A DNA stretch of 64,000 bases from Candidatus Omnitrophota bacterium. GTDB taxonomy: Bacteria; Omnitrophota; Omnitrophia; Omnitrophales; Aquincolibacteriaceae. The DNA lies in contig JBDRCT010000005.1 in the NCBI GenBank assembly GCA_043821445.1, positions 2,593 through 66,592 on the forward strand, written 5' to 3'. Shown here one piece after another: positions 7,442 through 16,017 of the stretch; the stretch's first letter is position 1, and the number at the start of each line of letters is the position of its first letter. The position numbers were made by a program, and so were the translations under genes. The notes under the pieces were generated by a model. The model saw only the letters and a program-made list of their open reading frames with translations. It made no database searches and had not been told where the DNA came from.

Positions 7442-9922
7442 ATGAAAAAACTTTTCACTCGACTCTCGTTTCTAGGCATGCTTTGCCTGCGGCAAGGCGC
7501 CGCATGGGCCAGTGAAGCGGATTTGAAGATCCCGGATCTTCATGAGGGGCACTTCAATCTGCTCGGCGGTCTTTCGGGCTTTCAGATCCTCCTCTATGGC
7601 GCGATAGTGATCCTCGGGACGGTCGGCCTGTCTCTCTACCAATTCATGAAGATCAAGGCGCTTCCGGCCCACAGATCGATGCTTGACATCGCGGAAACGA
7701 TCTTCCAAACCTGCAAGACCTATCTCAAGCAACAGGTCAAGTTCCTGGCGATCCTGTTCGCGATCATTGCGTGTGCGATGAGTTATTACTTCATGGGACT
7801 CCAGCATGAATCTGTGACGACTTTGGGCATGGTCCTCTTCTTCTCTATTGTCGGCATGGCAGGCTCGACGCTCGTGGCTTATTACGGGATCCGCGTCAAT
7901 ACCTACGCCAATGCCCGGACGGCTTTTGCCTCTCTGCGCGGCGTGCCGTGGGACGTTGTCAATATCCCCTTACGTGCGGGTATGTCCGTGGGTCTTTTCT
8001 TGATCTCCATTGAGCTGGTGATGATGGTGATCATCCTTCTTTTTATGCCGCGGCAGATCGTCGGCTACTGCTTCCTCGGTTTTGCCATCGGAGAATCGTT
8101 GGCAGCGAGCGCTCTTCGTATCGCGGGAGGCATTTTCACCAAGATCGCCGACATCGGTTCAGACCTCATGAAGATCGTTTTTAAGGTGAAAGAGGATGAC
8201 CCCCGCAACCCGGGCGTTATCGCCGATTGCGCGGGTGATAATGCCGGCGATTCGGTGGGTCCCACTGCCGACGGCTTTGAAACCTATGGCGTCACGGGTG
8301 TCGCGCTCATTTTCTTCATTACACTTGCCGTGAAAGATCCGACCCTCCAGGCTAAACTCATCGTCTGGATCTTCGCCATGCGTTTCCTGATGGACTTCAT
8401 GTCAGGCGTTTCGTACTTCATCAACAAGGCCATCTCGGAGCGCAAGTACAAGAATTTGAAAGAGTTCAATTTCGAGGAGCCGCTATCGCGTTTGATCATG
8501 ATCGCCACAGCACTTTGCATTACTACCTCTTACGGAATGTCGTACTTGCTTGTGGGCGACCTTCCGGACCCGACGCTGTGGTGGAAGCTTGCTTCGATCA
8601 TCGCCTGCGGAACTCTCGCGGCCTTCCTCATTCCTGAATTTACCAAGGCCTTCACTTCCTCCCACTCCAAGCATGTCAAAGAGATCGTAACAGCATCGCG
8701 CGAAGGCGGTGCATCACTAACGATCCTCTCGGGCCTTGTGGCAGGTAATTTTTCAGCATTCTGGAAAGGCATTCTGATAGCGGGCCTGATGTTTGCGGCC
8801 TTTATGATCTCAGGGATGGGGCTTCAGAACATTATGCCCCACGCCTCGATCTTTGCCTTCGGTCTCGTCGCCTATGGCTTTCTATGCATGGGCCCGGTGA
8901 ACATTGCGGTGGATTCCTACGGCCCGGTGACGGATAACGCGCAATCGATCTTCGAATTGGCCCAGACTGAGTCGATCCCCGGGATCGAAAAGGAGATCGA
9001 AAAGGATTTCGGTTTCAAACCTGACTTCAAAGTGGGTAAACACTACCTCGAAGCCAATGACTCGGCAGGCAACACCTTCAAGGCCACCGCAAAACCTGTG
9101 TTGATCGGGACCGCTGTCGCGGGTGCCACCACCATGATCTTCTCGATCATCCTGCTCTTGCAGGAGCATCTTCACTCTACGGCGGTTGCCGCCGCGGCGG
9201 GCGGGTTCGTGCCCGCGAACATCGGAGAGATCCTGCTGAACCAAAAACTTGCTCTCACAGCCGCGCCGATCTTACTCGGACTTATCTGCGGCGGAGCCGT
9301 GATCTACTGGTTCTGCGGCGCTTCGATCCAGGCCGTGACCACGGGAGCCTATTCGGCGGTGGAGTACATCAAGAAAAACATGGATCTCGACATGAAGGAA
9401 GCAAAGCGCGAGGATTCCATCAAGATCGTGCAGATCTGCACCGAGTACGCCCAAAAAGGAATGTGGAATATTTTCCTCGGGCTGCTCACGCTCACGCTCG
9501 CCTTTGCGCTGTTCGACCCCTATTTCTTTATCGCTTACCTCCTGGCCATCGCGGTCTTTGGACTTTTTCAAGCGATGTTCATGGCGAACGCCGGCGGTGC
9601 CTGGGACAATGCCAAGAAACTCGTCGAGGTCGACCTAGGAGAGAAGAACACGCCGCTTCATGCTGCCACCGTCATTGGCGACACGGTGGGAGATCCCTTC
9701 AAGGACACCACGTCGGTGTCCCTCAACCCGATCATCAAGTTCTCAACGCTCTTCGGTATGCTCGCCGTCGAGATCGCGATCAAGATGAACCCGGCAACGA
9801 CCCGCATCAGCGGAGCGGTCTTTTTCATTACAGGACTGTGCTTTGTGTGGAGGTCCTTTTACCGGATGCGGATCCCGAAGCTGGCGACCCCGCCGGCAGA
9901 GACAAAAGCCCTGATTGTTTAG
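7442..9922 (+). CDS. hppA: Membrane-bound ion-translocating pyrophosphatase, K+-independent signature
   Basis: GGIFTKIADIGSDL, EDDPRNPGVIADCAGDNAGD, DSYGPVTDNA, GNTFKA, GGAWDNAKK, GDTVGDPFKDT. Confidence 0.96.
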   Translation: MKKLFTRLSFLGMLCLRQGAAWASEADLKIPDLHEGHFNLLGGLSGFQILLYGAIVILGTVGLSLYQFMKIKALPAHRSMLDIAETIFQTCKTYLKQQVKFLAILFAIIACAMSYYFMGLQHESVTTLGMVLFFSIVGMAGSTLVAYYGIRVNTYANARTAFASLRGVPWDVVNIPLRAGMSVGLFLISIELVMMVIILLFMPRQIVGYCFLGFAIGESLAASALRIAGGIFTKIADIGSDLMKIVFKVKEDDPRNPGVIADCAGDNAGDSVGPTADGFETYGVTGVALIFFITLAVKDPTLQAKLIVWIFAMRFLMDFMSGVSYFINKAISERKYKNLKEFNFEEPLSRLIMIATALCITTSYGMSYLLVGDLPDPTLWWKLASIIACGTLAAFLIPEFTKAFTSSHSKHVKEIVTASREGGASLTILSGLVAGNFSAFWKGILIAGLMFAAFMISGMGLQNIMPHASIFAFGLVAYGFLCMGPVNIAVDSYGPVTDNAQSIFELAQTESIPGIEKEIEKDFGFKPDFKVGKHYLEANDSAGNTFKATAKPVLIGTAVAGATTMIFSIILLLQEHLHSTAVAAAAGGFVPANIGEILLNQKLALTAAPILLGLICGGAVIYWFCGASIQAVTTGAYSAVEYIKKNMDLDMKEAKREDSIKIVQICTEYAQKGMWNIFLGLLTLTLAFALFDPYFFIAYLLAIAVFGLFQAMFMANAGGAWDNAKKLVEVDLGEKNTPLHAATVIGDTVGDPFKDTTSVSLNPIIKFSTLFGMLAVEIAIKMNPATTRISGAVFFITGLCFVWRSFYRMRIPKLATPPAETKALIV

Positions 9923-9934
9923 AAGAAACCAATG

Positions 9935-9974
9935 AAAAAACGCCCCGCCTCAATAACGGCGGGGCGTTTTTTTT
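9935..9974. terminator. Bidirectional intrinsic terminator between hppA and terC
   Basis: A6-CGCCCCGCC-loop-GGCGGGGCG-T8 between convergent genes. Confidence 0.9.
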
Positions 9975-10032
9975 AGGAAATCTCACGCCCCTACGGAACG
10001 ACAAAGGGTTTCTCCCAAGGAGGGCGGGGAAC

Positions 10033-10965
10033 TTAACCGTTTGTAAACTCCTCTGATTTTAGAGGCCAAACGATAGACGCGATCACCGAAAGCACCAAGA
10101 TAAATAATATTGTTCCGAGCGTCCACGCGGTGGGGATATGATAAAAATGTGAAAGAAGCATTTTGAAACCGATCAGAACCAGAATAAGCGAAAGGCCGTA
10201 ATGTAAATGATGAAAAAGACGCATCAACCCCGCGAGGGCAAAATAAAGCGCCCGGAGCCCCAGTATCGCGAACACGTTTGAGGTATAAACAATAAACGGA
10301 TCCCGTGAGATCGAAAGAATCGCCGGGATCGAGTCCACGGCAAACACCACGTCCGTGGTTTCAATCACGATCAGAACCGCGATGAGGGGTGTTGCAAAAA
10401 GAAAGCCGTTCTTTCTTATAAAAAACCGCCCTTCTTCATCGTACAGTTCGGTAATCCGCATGATTTTTCTGAAACCCTTCAGGAAAATATTTTTTTCCGG
10501 ATCAACTTTTTGATCCTTTTGCGACACAAGCTTAACGCCGGTCCAGATAAGGATCACGCCGAAGACATAGATTATCCAATGAAAATGGCGGATCGCCTCG
10601 AGCCCGAGAGCGATAAAGATCCCGCGGGTCACAAGGGCCCCAAGAATTCCCCAGAAGAGGATCTTGTGCTGAAAGCGACCGGGTAAATGAAAATATTTGA
10701 AGACCAGAAGGAAAACAAAAAGATTGTCGACACTCAACGACTTTTCGAGGATATACCCCGCCAGAAACTGCATGGCAGGCTCTTTTCCCTTGAGCCAATA
10801 AATGCCGAGATTGAACAACGAGGCCACAGCGATCCATACCGCGCTCCAGATCAAAGCCTCCCGCATCTTGACCTCATGCGCCTTACGATGGAAAACCCCA
10901 AGGTCCAGGACAAGCAGAATCAAAACAATCCCGCCAAAAATCGACCAGGCCAATACTTCGGACAT
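10033..10965 (-). CDS. TerC/Alx family membrane protein
   Basis: EKSLSVDNLFVF, ETTDVVFAVDSIPAI, TSNVFAILGLRALYF motifs. Confidence 0.95.
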   Translation of the reverse strand: MSEVLAWSIFGGIVLILLVLDLGVFHRKAHEVKMREALIWSAVWIAVASLFNLGIYWLKGKEPAMQFLAGYILEKSLSVDNLFVFLLVFKYFHLPGRFQHKILFWGILGALVTRGIFIALGLEAIRHFHWIIYVFGVILIWTGVKLVSQKDQKVDPEKNIFLKGFRKIMRITELYDEEGRFFIRKNGFLFATPLIAVLIVIETTDVVFAVDSIPAILSISRDPFIVYTSNVFAILGLRALYFALAGLMRLFHHLHYGLSLILVLIGFKMLLSHFYHIPTAWTLGTILFILVLSVIASIVWPLKSEEFTNG

Positions 10966-11042
10966 GTTGTTTCTCTTTAAAACCGGTTAGATGAACTGTT
11001 CTTTAAACAAAAAAAAGGATCGGGGGCATTCTCTCCATATAC

Positions 11043-11077
11043 CAAGAAGGCCGACCCACGAAGGGTCGGCCTTCTTG
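11043..11077 (-). terminator. Perfect 15-bp hairpin in the terC leader (probable expression platform)
   Basis: CAAGAAGGCCGACCC / GGGTCGGCCTTCTTG with a 5-nt loop, directly downstream of the riboswitch-like aptamer; the U-tract is weak. Confidence 0.55.
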
Positions 11078-11100
11078 CGTATTCTATCTGAAATAAAAAC

Positions 11101-11308
11101 AATCTGCAACGCCGACGGGATTAGTCCCAATCCCCTTCAATTTCAACAAAGTTGAAATTGGGGCAATCCTTGTCATCCATTAAGGAACTAAAATTCAAGA
11201 CAAGGATAGTGCTCGGTTCGGACCGCAGATTAGCCCGCCCGCTCCGTCAAGAAGCCGGGTTCACCTTTTCTTTTCTCCCGTTCCCCGAAACACCGGGTAT
11301 TAGGCGAT
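11101..11308 (-). ncRNA. c-di-AMP (ydaO/yuaA-type) riboswitch-like aptamer carrying an 85-nt insertion
   Basis: Minus strand reads AUCGCCUAAU-hairpin-GAACGGGAGAA...GGUGAACCCG..CGGG-C-GGGCUAAUCUGCG-GUCCGAACCGAGCAC[insert]UAAUCCCGUCGGCGUU-GCAGAUU. Pairings CGCC/GGCG and ACGGGA/UCCCGU and the loop-to-3' pseudoknot AAUCUGC/GCAGAUU match the ydaO architecture. Confidence 0.75.
11124..11207 (+). repeat. Two tandem GYMC-hairpin modules (A, B) inside the riboswitch
   Basis: GTCCCAAT..ATTGGGGC (11124-11164), A, ATCCTTGTC..GACAAGGAT (11166-11207); homologous to 7118-7200 and 32251-32333. Confidence 0.85.
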
Positions 11309-11342
11309 CATGCCCCTGCCCCGGAAGGGCAGGCAGCAAGTC

Positions 11343-11567
11343 TTACATCGCTGCTTCTTCCTCAGCTTCGGCCTTGGCATCCTTCGCGGTCTCCGGAGCG
11401 TAGAGCTCATCCACTTCAACGGCATCGCCGACAATATCACCGGTCGCCGCATCTTCCGCCACAGCAACCGTTTCATCAATGACAACGGGTTCCTGTTCAG
11501 CGGCAAACGCAAAAGCCGGGCAAAGCATCGTCATCACCAAAAAACTTACCACTAGTTTGCTTTTCAT
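11343..11567 (-). CDS. Small exported acidic protein
   Basis: AGGAG/AAGGA upstream, signal peptide ending AFA-A, Asp/Glu-rich mature region. Confidence 0.75.
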   Translation of the reverse strand: MKSKLVVSFLVMTMLCPAFAFAAEQEPVVIDETVAVAEDAATGDIVGDAVEVDELYAPETAKDAKAEAEEEAAM

Positions 11568-11644
11568 ATCCTTCTATTCTCCTTTTTATGTTGCTTTTTT
11601 CGCGACGCAGCCCGGAAATTCTCTGGGTTTTGTGAGGCGGTACT

Positions 11645-11728
11645 GCCCTTGTCTTCTTTTCATTTCCTGAACGGTCGACAAGGACTGCCCTGATGACCCG
11701 TTTATTTTAAATAAATGAGAATCAGGAC
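11645..11728 (-). repeat. Two tandem GYMC-hairpin modules (C then B on the minus strand)
   Basis: Plus strand GCCCTTGTC..GACAAGGAC (11645-11685, 41 bp), T, GCCCTGAT..ATCAGGAC (11687-11728, 42 bp), then TGCAC. Confidence 0.85.
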
Positions 11729-11771
11729 TGCACCATCGCTCGAACGATTTCCTTTAACTCTGAATGGGTAT

Positions 11772-11930
11772 AAAAAAACGCCTTTGAGTCCCAAGCAATA
11801 CCCCGCGCTTGCAGGTCATCACTCAAAACTAAAGACGTCTTTGATCCATTTTCCACGTCATCCGAAGGGCTCGAATCCTTCCGATGCCACCCCTCTGAAC
11901 TTCGGGGCTCTTTCGGGCTGCACCTCACTA
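11772..11930 (-). promoter_or_regulatory. Unidentified structured leader ending in an intrinsic terminator
   Basis: Minus-strand stems GCCCC/GGGGU and CAUCGGAAGG/CCUUCGGAUG, then a long interrupted hairpin ACGUCUUU..UGAGU/ACUCAAAGGCGU followed by a U-run. Confidence 0.5.
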
Positions 11931-12079
11931 TTGTTATCGACTTCTAAGGAGAAGTGTACGATGGAAAACACTTCATGTCAAACAAGTGAAGCTTTTTTTC
12001 AATCGGTCCCACAGAGAGATTCTGCTGAGACAAAAAGACGCAGTAACACATAACCTATTTATTCTAAACGGGTTATAGA

Positions 12080-13720
12080 CTAAATATTCCTTCGTTTGTC
12101 TGAAACCCAGAATTCCATTCTCCTGTTGAGCATGAGCCGTGTCTGGGCGTCCAAAGCAGGCATGGCGCTCAGAAAAACAAGGATAAAAGGGACCAGGAAC
12201 CACTCCAGGCCATGGATCAAAGTCCAAAAAAACGAGAACTTTTTCTTCTTCTCGGGAAGGAGGCGGAGGCTCATGACAATAGTCCCCAAAAGAGCGATCG
12301 TGGAGAGCCCAAAGATGGCTTGGGTAAACCGGCCCGCATTGTAGTAAAGGACGGTGTTCGAGAATTCATTGCCGGCAGAGATCGCAGGAAGCCATCCCAC
12401 AAAAGTCAGCAGGAACGGCAGGGCCGCCCAAGTCACTTGCCCCTCAAAAAGCTTGAAACCATGCTGCAGTTTGTCGTAAAAAGATATTTTTTTATTCGCC
12501 AGGAACCCGCGCATCACAAGCGGAAAATTCTCCACACCCCACGCCCATCGTCTTTTTTGCTTGTAGAGACTCCCCAGGGTCCCCCACCAGGAACCCGCAT
12601 CCACGATATCCATGGACAGAGTCATCGGCATCGGAACGACTTGATATTGCCCGTCGAAGTAAAGGTAGGATTTCCAAAAGATCCCGGAATCTTCCGAGAT
12701 CATGTCCGCGGACCAATACCCCACTTCCACGAGTGCTTTAAAACTCATGCTATGGCTCGAGAAAGTCACGAGTTTTTTCGGATCTGTGGTCTCGATCAGT
12801 TGGAAAAAAGAAGAACCCGTCTCGACAACACGCGCGAACCCTGGAACTTCCCAGATATTGTTGTGGAAAACAGGAACGGGTTGGAAACTCGCCCGGTGCC
12901 GGTCGGGGCAATTCATGAAACAATAGGTCAGACAGGCAAAGTAATCAGGACCCACCACCGTATCCGCATCAAAACAGGAAACGATCACATTCTCGAACGG
13001 GATCTTGTTCTTCTCAAAATATTTCGCCGCGGCCTTCGCCGCATGACTTGTGTTAGCGCCTTTCACGCGCGCTTCGCCGGGAAGGCCGTCCGGATGTTCC
13101 ACCACGAGGAACTCCATGAACCGGTCGCGGTGCTCCTCCGCGATCTTCGCCATCCCTTCTCTCACGGATTGCTGCGCCCTCGCTTCCACCGCAAGCGCAA
13201 TGATCGTCTTCCGGGCAAAAGCTTTATTCTGCGCTACGCTCAGGACGTTCGCCTCCACCACCGACGGAGATTCTTTGACTACGGGGATCACGACCAAATG
13301 GAAGATCTCCGACGATCGCGGCGGGATATTCCCCGATTCTTTCAAACGTTCCATATCTTTCCGATGCACCCAACGAGAGATCCGTTGATGCCAGTTTTTC
13401 CCGGAACACACCTTCCGGATTTCTGCGGGGTAAGCATCGAGTCGATCCATCCCACGAATACGCCCGAGCCAATCCGTATCCTTCTCGATCGAAAGCCTGG
13501 CATAAGAAAGAAAAAGAAAGATCGTCAGATAAAAAAGCCTCAGGACCCAGGCCAACATAAAAGCGATCACCGTGATCGCGGCGATCAAGGGCGCCCAGAT
13601 CGAAAGCGCTACCAGCCCCAGGATCAAGGTCCAGCTGGCCAGACCCGGAAGCGTTTCGAAGAAACGCTGGAGCAAGATTTCTTTTTTGTTCAAACCCTGT
13701 CGCGAATAACGGAATTTCAT
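12080..13720 (-). CDS. Membrane-bound GT2 glycosyltransferase (synthase-like)
   Basis: KGAN, FDADT, SEDS and QKRRW (QxxRW) motifs; N- and C-terminal TM helices. Confidence 0.88.
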   Translation of the reverse strand: MKFRYSRQGLNKKEILLQRFFETLPGLASWTLILGLVALSIWAPLIAAITVIAFMLAWVLRLFYLTIFLFLSYARLSIEKDTDWLGRIRGMDRLDAYPAEIRKVCSGKNWHQRISRWVHRKDMERLKESGNIPPRSSEIFHLVVIPVVKESPSVVEANVLSVAQNKAFARKTIIALAVEARAQQSVREGMAKIAEEHRDRFMEFLVVEHPDGLPGEARVKGANTSHAAKAAAKYFEKNKIPFENVIVSCFDADTVVGPDYFACLTYCFMNCPDRHRASFQPVPVFHNNIWEVPGFARVVETGSSFFQLIETTDPKKLVTFSSHSMSFKALVEVGYWSADMISEDSGIFWKSYLYFDGQYQVVPMPMTLSMDIVDAGSWWGTLGSLYKQKRRWAWGVENFPLVMRGFLANKKISFYDKLQHGFKLFEGQVTWAALPFLLTFVGWLPAISAGNEFSNTVLYYNAGRFTQAIFGLSTIALLGTIVMSLRLLPEKKKKFSFFWTLIHGLEWFLVPFILVFLSAMPALDAQTRLMLNRRMEFWVSDKRRNI

Positions 13721-15174
13721 TTCGCGGCTCCCTGGGATTCCTTTTCCAGCTCGTTGATCACACCGGAAAAAGTGATGCCTTCCGGAAGAATATCCGCCAC
13801 CACCAGCTCTCCCCGGGAGGATTCCAGATAATAAAGTTTCCCGGTCCTCTCAGAGTAAAAGATCCCGCTTCCCTCCCGCACCGTAACGATCCTCTCCGGA
13901 GGGATCCCGTACTCTCCCACACGGGAAAGAAACACTTTGTTCTGATCACAGAAGAGAATAGAGTCCGCATCATGAACAAAATAAGCCTGACGGATATCAT
14001 GACCGTTCTCAATGGCCCATTCGATCTCGGGCCCGCGCTCGAAAAACTCTTTTCTCCGCTCAGGTCTCTCAAAATCCAGCACGCCGACCCGCTCCTTCTG
14101 CCACAGCACGATCTTCCGACCATCCGTACCGGCCTGATACCCTCGCATTCCTTCCTCCACGAAATGATAAGGCAGCGCGTTCGAGAAAAGCTCTCCCAGC
14201 TCCCCGTAAAAAACGACCGCATTATTCGAAATAAAATCGATCCTGTATTTTCCAGCGCTTTTAAAAAGATTTTCGAGAAAAATGCCTTTCTCCACCAACA
14301 CCTCTTCCCCTTTCTTGGCGTTGAAACCCAAGCGAACGATCGAGGACCCGCGAAGAGCGTAAACTTTATTCTTGAAAAGCCCGAAACCCCGGATCTTTGA
14401 AAGAAAATCAGGGAGCACTATCATTTTCACGAGGTCCAATCGCGAAAGGTCCTGACCCTGCCATACAAAGAGATAGTCGGGATGGTCGCCCTCCCATAAG
14501 ATTTCGTAAGGTTCTCCTTTCACAAAAAGACCCGAGAGGTCCTTGACTTCCGGTCCTTCCTTATCGAGCTGACACCCCAGGAATTTCATACCCTCGGAAG
14601 TCTCCACTTGAAGGATGACGAAAGAGCTCTCCTTGACCCTGAAAATCTTGATGAGTTTCGCGACCGCGAAAGAAGATGTCCCCGGAAGAACGGAGCGGAG
14701 AATTTCATTTTTCCAATCAAATACCTTCAAATCTCCGGCATGCCCCGCGCCTTTGAGAAGCAGGTAACGCGTCCCAGGGACGGGCAACAGGTCTTCAAAA
14801 GGCTCGGCGACCAGGGTCCGGGCCTTGATGCTCTGCGGGACCAACAGGACTTTTTCAAGATTGACGGCCTTCCCCGGATCCACTTTGACCTTTCGCTCCC
14901 AGGGTCTGTAACCACGTAGAAAGATTTTCACATCGTAGGGACCGGGAAGAAGATTCCGGATCGTGGCGGGCGTCCTTTCGATATAACGTTTATTCCCGAT
15001 TGAGAGAAAAGCATTCGGAGGAAGTGTCTCGATGTGGATCAATCCTGTCTTGGCAAACCCCTCTTCGACTTTGGGCGTGAAAATATAGCCAAGCGCATAG
15101 AGGATAATCATCGGGCACAGAACAAGATAGAGCGCAAAAAAAAGATAAAAAAGGATCTTTCTAAAAATGATCAT
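13717..15174 (-). CDS. PEGA domain-containing membrane-anchored protein
   Basis: N-terminal TM, then TGLIHIETLPPNA...TPATIRNLLPGPYDVKIFLRGYRPW (PEGA) and a beta-rich C-terminus; ATGA overlap with the GT2 gene. Confidence 0.85.
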   Translation of the reverse strand: MIIFRKILFYLFFALYLVLCPMIILYALGYIFTPKVEEGFAKTGLIHIETLPPNAFLSIGNKRYIERTPATIRNLLPGPYDVKIFLRGYRPWERKVKVDPGKAVNLEKVLLVPQSIKARTLVAEPFEDLLPVPGTRYLLLKGAGHAGDLKVFDWKNEILRSVLPGTSSFAVAKLIKIFRVKESSFVILQVETSEGMKFLGCQLDKEGPEVKDLSGLFVKGEPYEILWEGDHPDYLFVWQGQDLSRLDLVKMIVLPDFLSKIRGFGLFKNKVYALRGSSIVRLGFNAKKGEEVLVEKGIFLENLFKSAGKYRIDFISNNAVVFYGELGELFSNALPYHFVEEGMRGYQAGTDGRKIVLWQKERVGVLDFERPERRKEFFERGPEIEWAIENGHDIRQAYFVHDADSILFCDQNKVFLSRVGEYGIPPERIVTVREGSGIFYSERTGKLYYLESSRGELVVADILPEGITFSGVINELEKESQGAAK

Positions 15175-15275
15175 GGCGCTTTATTATGCCATAATCTGCC
15201 CCCACCCTCCAAGCTTCCCAAATTCATTCTCTGAGAGAGGTAAAGGCGCTCGGAACCTTTGCCGATGTTTACGTT

Positions 15276-15908
15276 ATGATGAACTCTCTCGATTTTGCGA
15301 TCCTTTCGTTCACCTCCCTTTTTGTCATTGTGGATCCGGTAGGGATCATTCCCTCCTTTTTGGCCATGACCCAGAAAAACACGACTCCGGAACGGATCCG
15401 CATGGCCCAGTGGGCTTCTCTCATCACGTTCGGCATTCTGATCCTGAGCTTCTTCTTCGGCCAGCGGCTTCTCACGGTGTTTGGGATCACGCTCCCGGCT
15501 TTTGAGATCGCCGGAGGCATTGTCCTTCTCCTCGTAGCCCTCGATATGCTGCGGGCACGGCGCACGGCCATGAAGGAAACTCAGGAAGAAAAGGCCGAAG
15601 GCATCGACAAACATGATGTTGCCATCACCCCTTTGGGGATCCCGATGCTCGCCGGCCCGGGCGCCATCACCGCGGTCATTCTGCTGTCGAACAAAGCCGG
15701 AACATTCGGGAATCACGTGATCCTGGCAGGCACGATCTTCCTCGTCTCAGCGCTCACACTCCTGGTTCTCTCGACCGTTGCCGTCCGCTCCCAAATATTC
15801 AGCACGATCGCCCTCAAGATCATGGCGCGTCTCATGGGCCTGATCCTCGCCGCGATCGCAGTTCAGTTCATTTTGAACGGTATCCTGGCGGCCCGCCTTT
15901 TCAGCTGA
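15276..15908 (+). CDS. MarC family membrane protein
   Basis: LFVIVDPVG, FEIAGGIVL, PLGIPMLAGPGAIT, RLMGLILAAIAVQ. Confidence 0.93.
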   Translation: MMNSLDFAILSFTSLFVIVDPVGIIPSFLAMTQKNTTPERIRMAQWASLITFGILILSFFFGQRLLTVFGITLPAFEIAGGIVLLLVALDMLRARRTAMKETQEEKAEGIDKHDVAITPLGIPMLAGPGAITAVILLSNKAGTFGNHVILAGTIFLVSALTLLVLSTVAVRSQIFSTIALKIMARLMGLILAAIAVQFILNGILAARLFS

Positions 15909-15931
15909 TTTAAGAAAATTTCGTTTGCCCC

Positions 15932-15992
15932 TTGCTTTTTTCTTTCTGTCCCTATATACTTCAATATGTTAATAGTTAATAGTGTTAACTAT
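15932..15992 (+). promoter_or_regulatory. Sigma70-like promoter and palindromic operator for the marR-tolC-RND operon
   Basis: TTGCTT (15932) - 17 nt - TATACT (15955), then ATAGTTAA-N5-TTAACTAT (15972-15992). Confidence 0.7.
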
Positions 15993-16017
15993 CTCACCGC
16001 CTCAGGAGACACGGACC

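Noticed and set aside
11166-11207. Type-B module as a portable sigma70 promoter (TTGTCA...TAAAAT)
   Set aside because: Spacing is 13 nt and the hexamers are not conserved in other B copies.
11772-11930. T-box, lysine, SAM-I or glycine riboswitch
   Set aside because: Only short coincidental matches such as GGGUGGCA and GAGGUGC; the defining architecture is missing.
12212-13831. 539-aa plus-strand ORF, and similar long antisense ORFs (19326..20231, 27947..28789, 43591..44526, 47281..48553, 50544..51515)
   Set aside because: Opposite-strand shadows of well-supported genes, expected from codon bias.
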